A DNA stretch of 63,457 bases, the filler included, from Octopus bimaculoides (Eukaryota): assembly GCF_001194135.2 (NCBI RefSeq). It is 5 parts of 5 records of this genome, joined end to end, with 100 filler letters (N's around TTAATTAATTAA, not from the genome) between each part and the next. Parts side by side here need not be neighbours in the genome. Positions count along the whole stretch, not along the records: positions 1 to 31,903 come from NC_068990.1; 4 more parts are not named here. The stretch is one strand, 5' to 3'. This document shows, piece by piece, positions 1 to 11,424 of the stretch; the stretch's first letter is position 1, and each line of letters starts with the position of its first letter. The translations under genes were made by a program, and so were the position numbers. The notes beneath the pieces were generated by a model, which was given only the letters and a program-made list of their open reading frames with translations, ran no database searches and was not told the DNA's origin.

Positions 1-48
<48 letters not shown>
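1..48 (+). repeat. (AG)n microsatellite
   Basis: Direct: perfect AG dinucleotide run at the window start. Confidence 0.95.
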
Positions 49-50
<2 letters not shown>

Positions 51-619
51 AGTGAGATATTTTAATTAATTGAACATACTTCATTCTGAAGAGTCAATCA
101 CTTTTCCTTTTCTGTTATCATGCTAAACTGCATTCCTGATCGATATTCATATTCAGCTCTCGATGTTTGACCTTTTAGCAGTTTAAATTTCCCTTCAGAT
201 GTAGCTATTGTAGTTTTTGAAGCAGATGAAATTACCAATATCACATTAAGTATGCGACATTGATAATGTTTGCATTATTGATACGTTTCTGACACAATAT
301 TTGAATTTTGTTTTACTCGTGCGGCGCCTTTGCACGTCAGCAGATAGATCTTCCACCATCTGTATATTCTTCAGACCAGCGATTCGAATTAGTTTGGTGC
401 AGGAATCGAGTATACGGCATCTTTGAGCAGAAATAACTGCGAAATATCGATATCTGTCGTTCTCGTTCACCTCCAAGGCGCTTTATTTCGCCTAGGTTTG
501 TCGTATACGGTGAATCTTTTTATCACTCTACTTCTTTGAAAGGATCTATTCTGGACGAAATGCCGCAGCCTAAAAGCGTTTAGCAACAAACATCCCCATT
601 AAATATCTGACTTTGATTA

Positions 620-770
620 TTTATGCGTGTATGTGTATGCATATTTGTATATTTGTGTTTGTTCTCCACCAACACTTGACAACGACATTTGTATTTTATT
701 TTACGTCCCTGTAACTTAGTGGTTCGGCAAAAGAAACAAATAGAATAAGTACCGAACTTCAATAATTAAG
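620..770 (+). mobile_element. SINE family B, 3' half
   Basis: Matches the TTTACGTCCC(C/T)GTAACTTAG(C/T)GGTTCGGCAAAAGA..ATAGAATAAGTAC module seen in the full copy at 30244-30644. Confidence 0.8.
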
Positions 771-1572
771 TACACCTCAAGTATATTCTCAACGTTGTTT
801 CATTCAAAATCGATTAAAAGCAAAGTTGATGTCAAGAATGAAAAGGAAAACAATACTGTAAAATAAATATACCTCAACAATAAGTTGTCATACCAACACA
901 GGATACGGTGCGAAAGCTTCCAATGTCTGCGATAACAAACAAACCATTTATTAGAAAAGCTTGGATCTGAAGATGACCAGGATATCTGTGTTATTTCGTA
1001 TTCTTTAACGAGGTTTTATTTGTACAATGTATAACAATAATATATTGAAATAGTCTTTTGAACACATTCAAAGCATATAAACAAATTCAAACATAAAAAA
1101 ACAATAATGAATACATACTTTAATTATTTTATTTCATTTATTTCATGAACATCACTTGAGAAGCAATCTTTGTATCTATACTGTTTATTTCAGGAAGATC
1201 TAACTCATTTAATATACAACAACAAATGTAATAGAATAAACAATGACAACGACTGTGAAAACAAATCGTGTTAAGAAATGCATTTATAATAGACTCCTAA
1301 AGCGGTGTTCGTTTGATTTTGATTAATTTGCTTCAAATTCTCAGAAGTCATTCCACATTCTTCTACGTAATGAACACAGACGTTTCCTCCTGGGTTTTTC
1401 GCGAGAAAGTTGTTTTTCTGCTTGGCTTTTAAACATAGAATTAAATGAGAATGAAGTATCACAAGACAATAATTAAAAAAAAAAACAAAAAAAAACAGAA
1501 AAAGAAAATCATTTTAGTTCTTGATATTTCAATGTTGTTGAGTCCAAATTGGTATTGTTTTCTGACTACAAA

Positions 1573-1940
1573 TATTGGTTTCAAATGTTGGCACAGGGCC
1601 AGCAATTTCGAGGGATGTGGTAGGTCGATTACATCAACCCAAGTGTTCAACTGGTACTTATTTTATCAACTCCGAAAGGATAAAAAGCAAGGTCAACCTC
1701 AGTGGTATTTGAACTCAGAACTTCGACGGACAAAATGTTGCTACGCATTTTGTCAGACCTACTAACGGCTGCTTTTCCATCGTTAAATAGTGGTTTCAAA
1801 ATTTTAGCAAAGGCCAGTAAATTCGGTGGAGGGGATCAGTCGATTACATCAACCTCGTTGTTGAACTGGTACTTATTTTATCGACCTGGGAAGGATGAAA
1901 GTCGAAGTCGACAACGCTGACACTTGAACTCAAAACGTAA
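1573..1940 (-). mobile_element. Two tandem SINE family A copies (about 1573-1770 and 1785-1940)
   Basis: Reverse complements of the GTTCAAAT B box and the GATAAAATAAGTACCAGT / GGTCGATGTAATCGAC modules each occur twice. Confidence 0.85.
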
Positions 1941-1959
1941 ATACAGACCAAATGAACAA

Positions 1960-2300
1960 GAATTTCCAGGATATTTGCATATCTATTAAGAACTAGTATA
2001 AACTCACGACTCTCTGATACTCCTCTTTTTCTACAAAATTTATTTCTTACTGGCTTCAGCCATTACATTGTGATCATGTTAGGGTAGACACTTAAATGAT
2101 TTTAGTCGAAGAAATCAACTCCATTACATTCTCTCGTTAAAGTCTGGTTTGGTTGGTGCTTATTTATCGGTATCTTTTACCGAACCGTAAAGTTACAGGG
2201 ACGTACACAAACCAGTACCGGTTGCCAAGCAGTGGTGAAGGTAGGGGGAGGCACAAACACAGACACAAAGACACAGGAATACACACAGAAAAACACACAT
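1960..2300 (-). mobile_element. Degenerate SINE family B, 3' half
   Basis: CTTATTTATCGGTATCTTTTACCGAACCGTAAAGTTACAGGGACGTACAC is the reverse complement of the family B tail module. Confidence 0.75.
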
Positions 2301-2464
2301 ATATACACACTCATATATACATACACATATAACTCCTGGGTTTAGGTAGAAGAAAGAAAATACAGGAGGATCAGATAAGGATATTCTGAAAAGAAACAAC
2401 GATTCCCCTCCTGCTCCTCCTCTCCTCCTCCCCCAACTCACTCCTCCTCTTCCTCCTTCTCCTG

Positions 2465-2572
2465 TGTCAGTGGAGTGCTCAGCCACACCACTTGCACGTT
2501 AATTTTACGAGCAAGCTGTTCCGTTCATCGTATCAGCTAGGACCCACGTCGTCGTAACCGACGGAGTGCTGC
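2465..2572 (+). mobile_element. SINE family C tail
   Basis: GTGGAGTGCTCAGCCAC..TTGCACGTTAATTT..CGTCGTCGTAACCGACGGAGTGC is shared with 49766-50095 and 13295-13585. Confidence 0.8.
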
Positions 2573-2579
2573 TATATAC

Positions 2580-2624
<45 letters not shown>

Positions 2625-3059
2625 NNNNNNNNNNNNNNNNNNNNNNNNNNNNNNNNNNNNNNNNNNNNNNNNNNNNNNNNNNNNNNNNNNNNNNNNNNNN
2701 NNNNNNNNNNNNNNNNNNNNNNNNNNNNNNNNNNNNNNNNNNNNNNNNNNNNNNNNNNNNNNNNNNNNNNNNNNNNNNNNNNTATATATATGTATATATA
2801 TATATATATATACACGCACACATACACACACTATTCTTACATTATTGACTGTGACTTCGAAGTTTCGGCCACTTAAGCCATCGTCAAACTATCTACTCAT
2901 ATATATATTTGTGCATATACATACATATATATGTGTGTGTGTGCTTCTATATATTTATGTATATATACATCCATACGCACACGAACACCTACGCATATGT
3001 ATACAGGCATACAAATATTTATGTGTGTGTCTATGTATGTATATATATATATCCAGTAG

Positions 3060-3255
3060 CCGTGACTAATCGCTAAATCCACAAGTTTTTTTTTTTATCC
3101 CCTCTCTCTTTATTTCCTCATATTCCTTTCTGTTGGAGAGCGTAGGCTCGAAATGTAAAAAAATGTCTCACTTACCCGAGCATCAAACTAATACACCTGC
3201 TTGATGTTCATACACCTGTCTTTGTCTTTTGTTTATCTGTAAATTTCAACTACAT
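3060..3255 (+). mobile_element. Short Penelope-LTR-like element (family E) with hammerhead motif
   Basis: Homologous to 16660-16835 and 54330-54515 (AAACTAATAC..CACCTGTCTT.GTCTTTTG). It carries a hammerhead-like motif and ends in TA/CA microsatellite. The PLE origin is inferred. Confidence 0.6.
3126..3161 (+). ncRNA. Minimal hammerhead-ribozyme-like motif, degenerate (family E)
   Basis: CTTT-CTGTTGG-A-GAGC gtag GCTC-GAAA-TGTA-AAAA: perfect 4-bp stem II and GAAA box; the core deviates from CUGANGA. Confidence 0.5.
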
Positions 3256-4072
3256 ACATACATACATACATACACACACATACACACACACACACACACA
3301 CACATACATACATACATACACACACACATATATNNNNNNNNNNNNNNNNNNNNNNNNNNNNNNNNNNNNNNNNNNNNNNNNNNNNNNNNNNNNNNNNNNN
3401 NNNNNNNNNNNNNNNNNNNNNNNNNNNNNNNNNNNNNNNNNNNNNNNNNNNNNNNNNNNNNNNNNNNNNNNNNNNNNNNNNNNNNNNNNNNNNNNNNNNN
3501 NNNNNNNNNNNNNNNNNNNNNNNNNNNNNNNNNNNNNNNNNNNNNNNNNNNNNNNNNNNNNNNNNNNNNNNNNNNNNNNNNNNNNNNNNNNNNNNNNNNN
3601 NNNNNNNNNNNNNNNNNNNNNNNNNNNNNNNNNNNNNNNNNNNNNNNNNNNNNNNNNNNNNNNNNNNNNNNNNNNNNNNNNNNNNNNNNNNNNNNNNNNN
3701 NNNNNNNNNNNNNNNNNNNNNNNNNNNNNNNNNNNNNNNNNNNNNNNNNNNNNNNNNNNNNNNNNNNNNNNNNNNNNNNNNNNNNNNNNNNNNNNNNNNN
3801 NNNNNNNNNNNNNNNNNNNNNNNNNNNNNNNNNNNNNNNNNNNNNNNNNNNNNNNNNNNNNNNNNNNNNNNNNNNNNNNNNNNNNNNNNNNNNNNNNNNN
3901 NNNNNNNNNNNNNNNNNNNNNNNNNNNNNNNNNNNNNNNNNNNNNNNNNNNNNNNNNNNNNNNNNNNNNNNNNNNNNNNNNNNNNNNNNNNNNNNNNNNN
4001 NNNNNNNNNNNNNNNNNNNNNNNNNNNNNNNNNNNNNNNNNNNNNNNNNNNNNNNNNNNNNNNNNNNNNNNN

Positions 4073-4117
<45 letters not shown>

Positions 4118-4299
4118 TATGAGTGAAGGATCAAGCGAAAGATGTGAGCACTCAGCATGTTTTGTAGGAGTTACACGTATTTTTAATGGCAACTCCAAAT
4201 GCTAGGAGCATCTGACGACATAGACGCGTCCCGCACACCTTTGAAACTTTAAGTCAAAAGGTGCTAGTTCAAACTACTATACTATCAATCAATCAATCA

Positions 4300-4340
<41 letters not shown>

Positions 4341-4371
4341 ATAATATAAATAATATATATTTATATGAATA

Positions 4372-4860
4372 TATGAGTACAGGACATCACCAACAGTAAA
4401 CATGAAATACGAAAACAAATGAGTTAAATACGCAAATAACGAGAGAGAAAAAAATAGCAAACAAGACAAGTATTACAAAGAAAACAAACAACGACTCTTC
4501 ATCAGTTGTCACTCTCTATCTACTCCCCATTTCGAACAATCAAAGACAATATGAGTCTTCGAAGACAGATGCTTCCATAAATACCAAGATAAAATTTTGT
4601 ATTTATGGAGGGTCAAAGTTAGGAACAAAAACAGGACAGTAGGGACATACAGGGAAACCGAACGAAAGCAAACATGGATGAACTAGAGAAATTTAAAACT
4701 ATGTTGGAAAATAATGTAAAACGTATCCCAATCCCCAGAAGAAGTTATACACAGAACTGAGAGGAAGACCGTCTTATATTAGACTCTATCATTAAAATTT
4801 TTTTAAATAGAATATTCTCTGCGGAAAACATAGAGAAATGCCTACGGGCGATATGGCAGC
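4372..4860 (-). mobile_element. Penelope-LTR-like element (family D)
   Basis: The minus strand reads CGAAATGGGGAGTAGAT..GACAACTGATGAAG...GATGTCCTGTACTC, homologous to 7021-7175 and 47390-47660. Confidence 0.55.
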
Positions 4861-5107
4861 GACCGCCCTGTAAATGGTCTCAGATTTAGGCCCAGGGCCA
4901 AGAATTACAAGGGTGACTGGCGGGATTACTTGATATCAACGGCCCCAGTACGGCCCCACTGCTTACTTGGGACACTTTGGTCTGTCACCAGCGAGAGATG
5001 AAATGTTAAGTCGACTGCTGACTTGATTTGAACGCAGGCGATAGAGAGGCATAAATGTAAGATAACTTCATCTGAACAAAGACAAAAAACAAAAAAGAAG
5101 ACAAAAC

Positions 5108-5501
5108 GGATCTTTTTTAAAACGGGGGCCACATTTTTCATTAACGAAACACTTTGAAACTTGGAACACTGGTAGAATGTGTCATATAAAACATCTTTTT
5201 CTCTTAGTCTTCTTTAAAAAAAAAAGAAATCCATAAGTTATTCCATGTTAAAGTTGTATTTCTGTAATTTCAACCAATCACTGACGTCCATTCAGCCGAT
5301 ATACATTAAGTGCCGACTACATAAACAAACAATTCTGAAACAATTAACCCTAACCCTAACATTAACCCTAACCCTAACCCTAGGATTAGGGTTAGGGTTA
5401 GGGTTAGGGTTAGGGTTAAAGCAAATTTAAAATGAAAAAAGCAAATAAAACGAAGGTATGGAGATTAAATACGCTTTACATCGCTTAATCAGCCAAAGGA
5501 G
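5108..5501. mobile_element. MITE with internal telomere-repeat palindrome (partial, runs into gap)
   Basis: Starts with the TIR GGATCTTTTTTAAAACGGGGGCCACATTTTTCATTAA; near-identical to the reverse complement of 11704-12096; (TAACCC)n(GGGTTA)n at 5344-5419. Confidence 0.85.
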
Positions 5502-6084
5502 NNNNNNNNNNNNNNNNNNNNNNNNNNNNNNNNNNNNNNNNNNNNNNNNNNNNNNNNNNNNNNNNNNNNNNNNNNNNNNNNNNNNNNNNNNNNNNNNNNN
5601 NNNNNNNNNNNNNNNNNNNNNNNNNNNNNNNNNNNNNNNNNNNNNNNNNNNNNNNNNNNNNNNNNNNNNNNNNNNNNNNNNNNNNNNNNNNNNNNNNNNN
5701 NNNNNNNNNNNNNNNNNNNNNNNNNNNNNNNNNNNNNNNNNNNNNNNNNNNNNNNNNNNNNNNNNNNNNNNNNNNNNNNNNNNNNNNNNNNNNNNNNNNN
5801 NNNNNNNNNNNNNNNNNNNNNNNNNNNNNNNNNNNNNNNNNNNNNNNNNNNNNNNNNNNNNNNNNNNNNNNNNNNNNNNNNNNNNNNNNNNNNNNNNNNN
5901 NNNNNNNNNNNNNNNNNNNNNNNNNNNNNNNNNNNNNNNNNNNNNNNNNNNNNNNNNNNNNNNNNNNNNNNNNNNNNNNNNNNNNNNNNNNNNNNNNNNN
6001 NNNNNNNNNNNNNNNNNNNNNNNNNNNNNNNNNNNNNNNNNNNNNNNNNNNNNNNNNNNNNNNNNNNNNNNNNNNNNNNNNNNN

Positions 6085-6125
<41 letters not shown>

Positions 6126-6204
6126 ATGTGTATATATATATATATATGTATGTGTGTATATTATATACACGCATATAACAATTTATATAGCCCATACATC
6201 CGTT

Positions 6205-6249
<45 letters not shown>

Positions 6250-6461
6250 CTTACTGTTTATACCAGGTTGGACATGGGAACTATACACACACACACACGT
6301 ATATGTATATATATATATATATATATACATCAAGATTAACTTGGATAAATTTATTAAGCTTAAACCGTAACATTATAATATAATTATATCATATTTTATT
6401 ATATTATACTTTAAATTATACTATATCTCGATTTATGTTATTTCGTTGCACCGAAATTGCC

Positions 6462-6595
6462 TCACTTTTGTGATACGCTTATATATTGATTACTACAGCA
6501 GCAGAAATTGTCCATACACAATTTTAAACATTCTAACACAGAGGAATCATCTGTAGTGTAAAGCTCGCGACACTGCTTCTGGCTGACTGTAACAC
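6462..6595 (-). CDS. Candidate terminal coding exon of unknown gene ([43 protein letters not shown])
   Basis: Acceptor gtattgtcag|G at 6596-97; phase-1 frame open for 43 codons to TGA; unique CpG-retaining sequence. No homolog recognised. Confidence 0.3.
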
Positions 6596-6640
6596 CTGAC
6601 AATACATCGCAACGGCGTTGTCCATGTCATCGCCGAACCA

Positions 6641-6765
<125 letters not shown>

Positions 6766-6874
6766 GCATGCACACGCACACAGCGCGCGCATACCCGTAA
6801 GCAAGCACACTCGCTCGCACATTGTGTACGATTAATCATTGAGGTTAAATATTTACAATTCGCGGTAGACTTAC

Positions 6875-6883
6875 GATATGCCT
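6875..6883 (-). other. Candidate 9-nt microexon AGGCATATC (13 nt if the upstream AAG acceptor is used)
   Basis: About 30-nt pyrimidine tract, then ctaagccag|AGGCATATC|gtaagt with a consensus donor at 6869-6874. Confidence 0.4.
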
Positions 6884-7020
6884 CTGGCTTAGAAAAGAAA
6901 AAGAAACGAAAAAGAAAAAAAAATCATTTGACGGAACCCATACATACATTTATAAACGTACATACACACTCACACGTACGTGGATGCGTACATATATAAC
7001 ATGTACACATACATAGACAC

Positions 7021-7175
7021 ACGCAGTGTAGACAGATAGCCGACAACTCATGAAGGGTCCTTTCTCTGTGTTTGTCCTGTTTTCCATTTTTTTCTTTTCT
7101 CGTTGTTTACGTATTTAACTCTTCGTTTACGTATCTCATGTTGTTTACACCGTTTGTGACGTCCTGTACCCATAT
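7021..7175 (+). mobile_element. Penelope-LTR-like element (family D), 3' part
   Basis: GACAACTCATGAAGG ... GTGACGTCCTGTACCCATATATGCAT matches 47490-47645. Confidence 0.55.
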
Positions 7176-7229
7176 ATGCATATACACATATTATTATCAT
7201 TAATTATATATTTATTATTATTATTAATT

Positions 7230-7305
<76 letters not shown>

Positions 7306-8014
7306 GATATGTGTTGTGTGTATACGGACATTACCACACGTATGTATGTATTACAAGGTATATATTACGCGTGTAGTTTATACTTATTTTTATTCTTTTA
7401 GCGAACCACTAAGTTACGTAGAGGTAAACAAACTAACCCCAGTTGTCAACTGGTTGAGGAACGAACACAAAACTCCATTACACATACACACACATACATT
7501 CGTGCATACATCTATATATACATGCATATGTATATTATATACACGTGTGTGCGCGCGTGTGCATGTGTTTGTGTCCCCCATTACATATTGACAATCAGTG
7601 ATGTTGTCATCACGCGCCCGTACTTAGCGGTTCAGCAAAAGTGACGATAGAATAAGTCCCAGGCTTTAAAGAAAATAAGTCTTGTAGTCAATTCGTTCGA
7701 CTAAAATCCTCCAAAGCGGTACTCCAGCATGGCCGCAGTCCCTTTTATGTCACCCGAGAAGCTTCTACGTGGGCGCTTGGTTTGTTAGAACTAGCAAGAT
7801 CTCCCCCCTCTCATGCTTCTCTGCTCTTCTTTTTCCTACCTTAAAAAAAAAAGAAAAAAAGACATCCTCTCTAAGATAATCCTGGGTGACATACTTAAAA
7901 TTATATGAGATGGTCATGGCTGGAGCGTTATCCATCACAGTTCTTCACGTTGAGGTTAGATGCAGGATTAAGCTGAAATGGCAACAACAACAACAACAAC
8001 AATCTACATGCGGT

Positions 8015-8178
8015 AAGGTGCAGGCGGGACTGAATGTTAAGATGCTTGCTTTCCTACCAAATGGGTCTGGGTTTAGTCCCACTGCGTGGCACCTTGGGCA
8101 AGTATCTTCTACTATAGACGCGGACCGGCCAAAACCATGAGAGTGGATTTGGTAGATGGAAACTGAAAGAAACACCTA

Positions 8179-8231
<53 letters not shown>

Positions 8232-8450
8232 ATGTGTGTGTATGTATGTGTGTCCCTTTGTGTCTATGTATGTCCCATATCACCATTGGTGTTTGTGTGT
8301 TTACATCCCGTAACCTACCGGTTCGGCAAAAGAGGCCGATAGAATAAGTACTAGTCTTTAAAAAATGGAATAAGTACTGGGTTCAGTTGATTCGACTAAA
8401 CGTTCTTGAAGACGATGCCCCAGCATGGCCACACTGTAGTGACTGGAACA
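8015..8450 (+). mobile_element. SINE family B, full length
   Basis: tRNA-like head, CORE-like GCGTGGCACCTTGGGCAAGT, central (TG)n and the family tail. Confidence 0.85.
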
Positions 8451-8469
8451 ATTTTTTGAGATGATATTT

Positions 8470-8620
8470 CGTTTTCAAATTCCGCCAGGTCGACTTTGCC
8501 TTTCATCCTTTCGGAGGGTCGATAAATTAAGTACCAGTTGCGTACTGGGTCGATCTAATCGACTGGTCCCCTTCCCCAAAATTTCGGGCCATGTGCCTGA
8601 AGTAGAAAAGATATCTCATT
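8470..8620 (+). mobile_element. SINE family A, 5'-truncated
   Basis: TTCAAATTCCGCCAGGTCGACTTTGCCTTTCATCCTTTCGG..GATAAATTAAGTACCAGTTGCGTACTGGGTCGAT. Confidence 0.85.
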
Positions 8621-9638
8621 TTATTTATTTATTTATTGTTTATTTTGTCACCATTCTGAGTTCATATCCAGCTGAAATAGTTTTATGTTTCATCCCTTTG
8701 GGGACTGATAAAAATCAATTCTGGTGTTTATTTAATCGGCAGTTTCTCTCACAACGTTTGTGGCTTTGTGAATGAAATATGTGACTATGCAAATAATAAG
8801 GGTTAAGTGTATAGCGAGATAGCGACAAACNNNNNNNNNNNNNNNNNNNNNNNNNNNNNNNNNNNNNNNNNNNNNNNNNNNNNNNNNNNNNNNNNNNNNN
8901 NNNNNNNNNNNNNNNNNNNNNNNNNNNNNNNNNNNNNNNNNNNNNNNNNNNNNNNNNNNNNNNNNNNNNNNNNNNNNNNNNNNNNNNNNNNNNNNNNNNN
9001 NNNNNNNNNNNNNNNNNNNNNNNNNNNNNNNNNNNNNNNNNNNNNNNNNNNNNNNNNNNNNNNNNNNNNNNNNNNNNNNNNNNNNNNNNNNNNNNNNNNN
9101 NNNNNNNNNNNNNNNNNNNNNNNNNNNNNNNNNNNNNNNNNNNNNNNNNNNNNNNNNNNNNNNNNNNNNNNNNNNNNNNNNNNNNNNNNNNNNNNNNNNN
9201 NNNNNNNNNNNNNNNNNNNNNNNNNNNNNNNNNNNNNNNNNNNNNNNNNNNNNCGACAGGCTTCTTTCAGTTTCCGTCTACCAAATCCACTTACAAGCTT
9301 TGGTCGGCTCGAGGCTATAGTAGAAGACACTTGCCTAAGGTGCCTCACAGTGGGACTGAACCCAGAACCATGTGGTTCGAAAGCAAGCTACTTATCACAC
9401 AGCCACTCTTACGTCTTGTAGAGCTTTTATAAATGAAAAGCCATATTGAATGATATAGTTTCATATTATGGTATGCTATGAATAAGAGAGAGAGGGAGTT
9501 TGAACGAACGAGAGAGAGATAGAGAGCATGTATATATGCAGACATAGGTATGTGTGTGTGTGTTTGTGTGTGTTATTATGTCCCAGTAACCTAGCGGTTC
9601 GGCAAAAGAAGCCAATAGTATAATTAGCAGGCTTATAT

Positions 9639-9721
9639 GTTTCTTAAAATGTTTTCATTACTCAATTACAGGAGTCGCTTGAAACGGCCATAACGAATTG
9701 ACACCTGCACATCTTTGTTAC

Positions 9722-9783
<62 letters not shown>

Positions 9784-9868
9784 GAGTAACAAAGAGGTAC
9801 AGGTGTCAATTCGTTACGGCCGTTTCAAGCGACTCTTCTAATTGATTAATGAAAACATTGTAAGAAAC
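9639..9868. mobile_element. Foldback/MITE: about 85-bp inverted arms around a (TA)n core
   Basis: 9639-9723 is the reverse complement of about 9783-9868 with a few mismatches (GAGTCGCTTGAAACGGCC..GAATTGACACCTG); (TA)n at 9724-9781. Confidence 0.85.
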
Positions 9869-10039
9869 AGTTCTCGTTACATGACCGTATAGACTTCAAA
9901 CAAAAAGGATACAAACATTTTCTTAAGATATTCACATCAATAATGAAACTCAAATTATTTAAACTGTTTCTAGTAAGGTGCTTCAGTTTAAGTACCTAAT
10001 TCAACGGAATATTCATTATATACATATATGACGTATTTA

Positions 10040-10270
10040 ACATCATCATCATCATAGTCATTTAGCCGTTCATTTTGCCAAGGTTGCATCGGACAGACGG
10101 AATTCGTTAAGACATAATTTCTACGGCCAGATGCTCTTTCTGTCGCCAACCCTTACTTGCTTCTCAGCAAAGTTAAGTTTTCTTATGGCCAAGTACTGGA
10201 AGCGAACGATACCGCTTGTTATGAGAGTGACACTCGTTTACAACTAACACCAGATGTGAAGGCAAACAGA
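10040..10270 (-). mobile_element. Decayed SINE/LINE 3' fragment with (GAT)n tail
   Basis: (CAT)n followed by TACGGCCAGATGCTCTTTCTGTCGCCAACC resembles RTE-type 3' ends; the family assignment is from recall only. Confidence 0.5.
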
Positions 10271-10349
10271 TACGCGTACACGCAAACGTATATACATACA
10301 TAAACCCGCGTGCGCGTGAACGGGCACACACAGACAAACAGACAGACAG

Positions 10350-10381
<32 letters not shown>

Positions 10382-10879
10382 GACTTCTAGTCTTGCTAAT
10401 GCAATCCATTCACAATATGTAGGTCGTCAGTGAGCTATTATCGATGACATTTGCCAAATGNNNNNNNNNNNNNNNNNNNNNNNNNNNNNNNNNNNNNNNN
10501 NNNNNNNNNNNNNNNNNNNNNNNNNNNNNNNNNNNNNNNNNNNNNNNNNNNNNNNNNNNNNNNNNNNNNNNNNNNNNNNNNNNNNNNNNNNNNNNNNNNN
10601 NNNNNNNNNNNNNNNNNNNNNNNNNNNNNNNNNNNNNNNNNNNNNNNNNNNNNNNNNNNNNNNNNNNNNNNNNNNNNNNNNNNNNNNNNNNNNNNNNNNN
10701 NNNNNNNNNNNNNNNNNNNNNNNNNNNNNNNNNNNNNNNNNNNNNNNNNNNNNNNNNNNNNNNNNNNNAGACGGGAACACTGAAATGCAAAGCCCACAGT
10801 CAGCAAGATTTGGGCCCAGAACATATTTCTTAAGAAATTTCATTACGTTTCTTTTAATACGGGGGCCATCTCTTTTCTA

Positions 10880-11274
10880 CTCTAGGCACAAGGCCCGAAA
10901 TTTTTGAGGAGTGGGTCAGTCGATTAGATCGACCCCAGGACGCAACTGGTACTTAATTTATCGACCCCAAAACGATAAAAGGCAAAGGCAAAGTCGACCT
11001 CAGCGGAATTTGAACTCAGACCATAAAGACAGACGAAATACCTATTTCGTTATTGCCCACAAGGGGCTAAACATAGAGGGAACAAACAAGAACAGACGAA
11101 CGGATTAAGTCGATTACATCGACCCCAGTGCGTAACTGGTACTTAATTTATCGACCCCGAAAGGATGAAAGGCAAAGTCGACCTCGGCGGAATTTGAACT
11201 CAGAACGTAACGGCAGACGAAATATCGCTAAGCATTTCGCCTGGCTTGCTAACGTTTCTACCAGCCCACCGCCT
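10880..11274 (-). mobile_element. Two tandem SINE family A copies; 11043-11274 is full length with a distinct tail
   Basis: Head, B box GTTCAAATTC, body, and tail TTTAGCCCCTTGTGGGCAATAACGAAATA on the minus strand. Confidence 0.9.
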
Positions 11275-11424
11275 TTAGGGGGCCAACTCTTCAACGAACG
11301 ACAACGGTCCGCTGTATTAGAGGTTCCAGTTACTTTTACTTTTTAATCTGCTTCAATCTGACTAAGCCTTCGAGATCTGTGGTGATGCTATGTTTCTGGA
11401 TTTTGTTTTCTATAAATGGAGGCG

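Noticed and set aside
240-590. Mariner transposase remnant or exon
   Set aside because: Only a vague resemblance to the GDEKW motif, and several short open frames on both strands; not supportable without a database search.
5344-5419. Ancestral chromosome fusion site
   Set aside because: The repeats lie inside a MITE present twice in the window, and the order is (CCCTAA)n(TTAGGG)n, the reverse of an end-to-end fusion.
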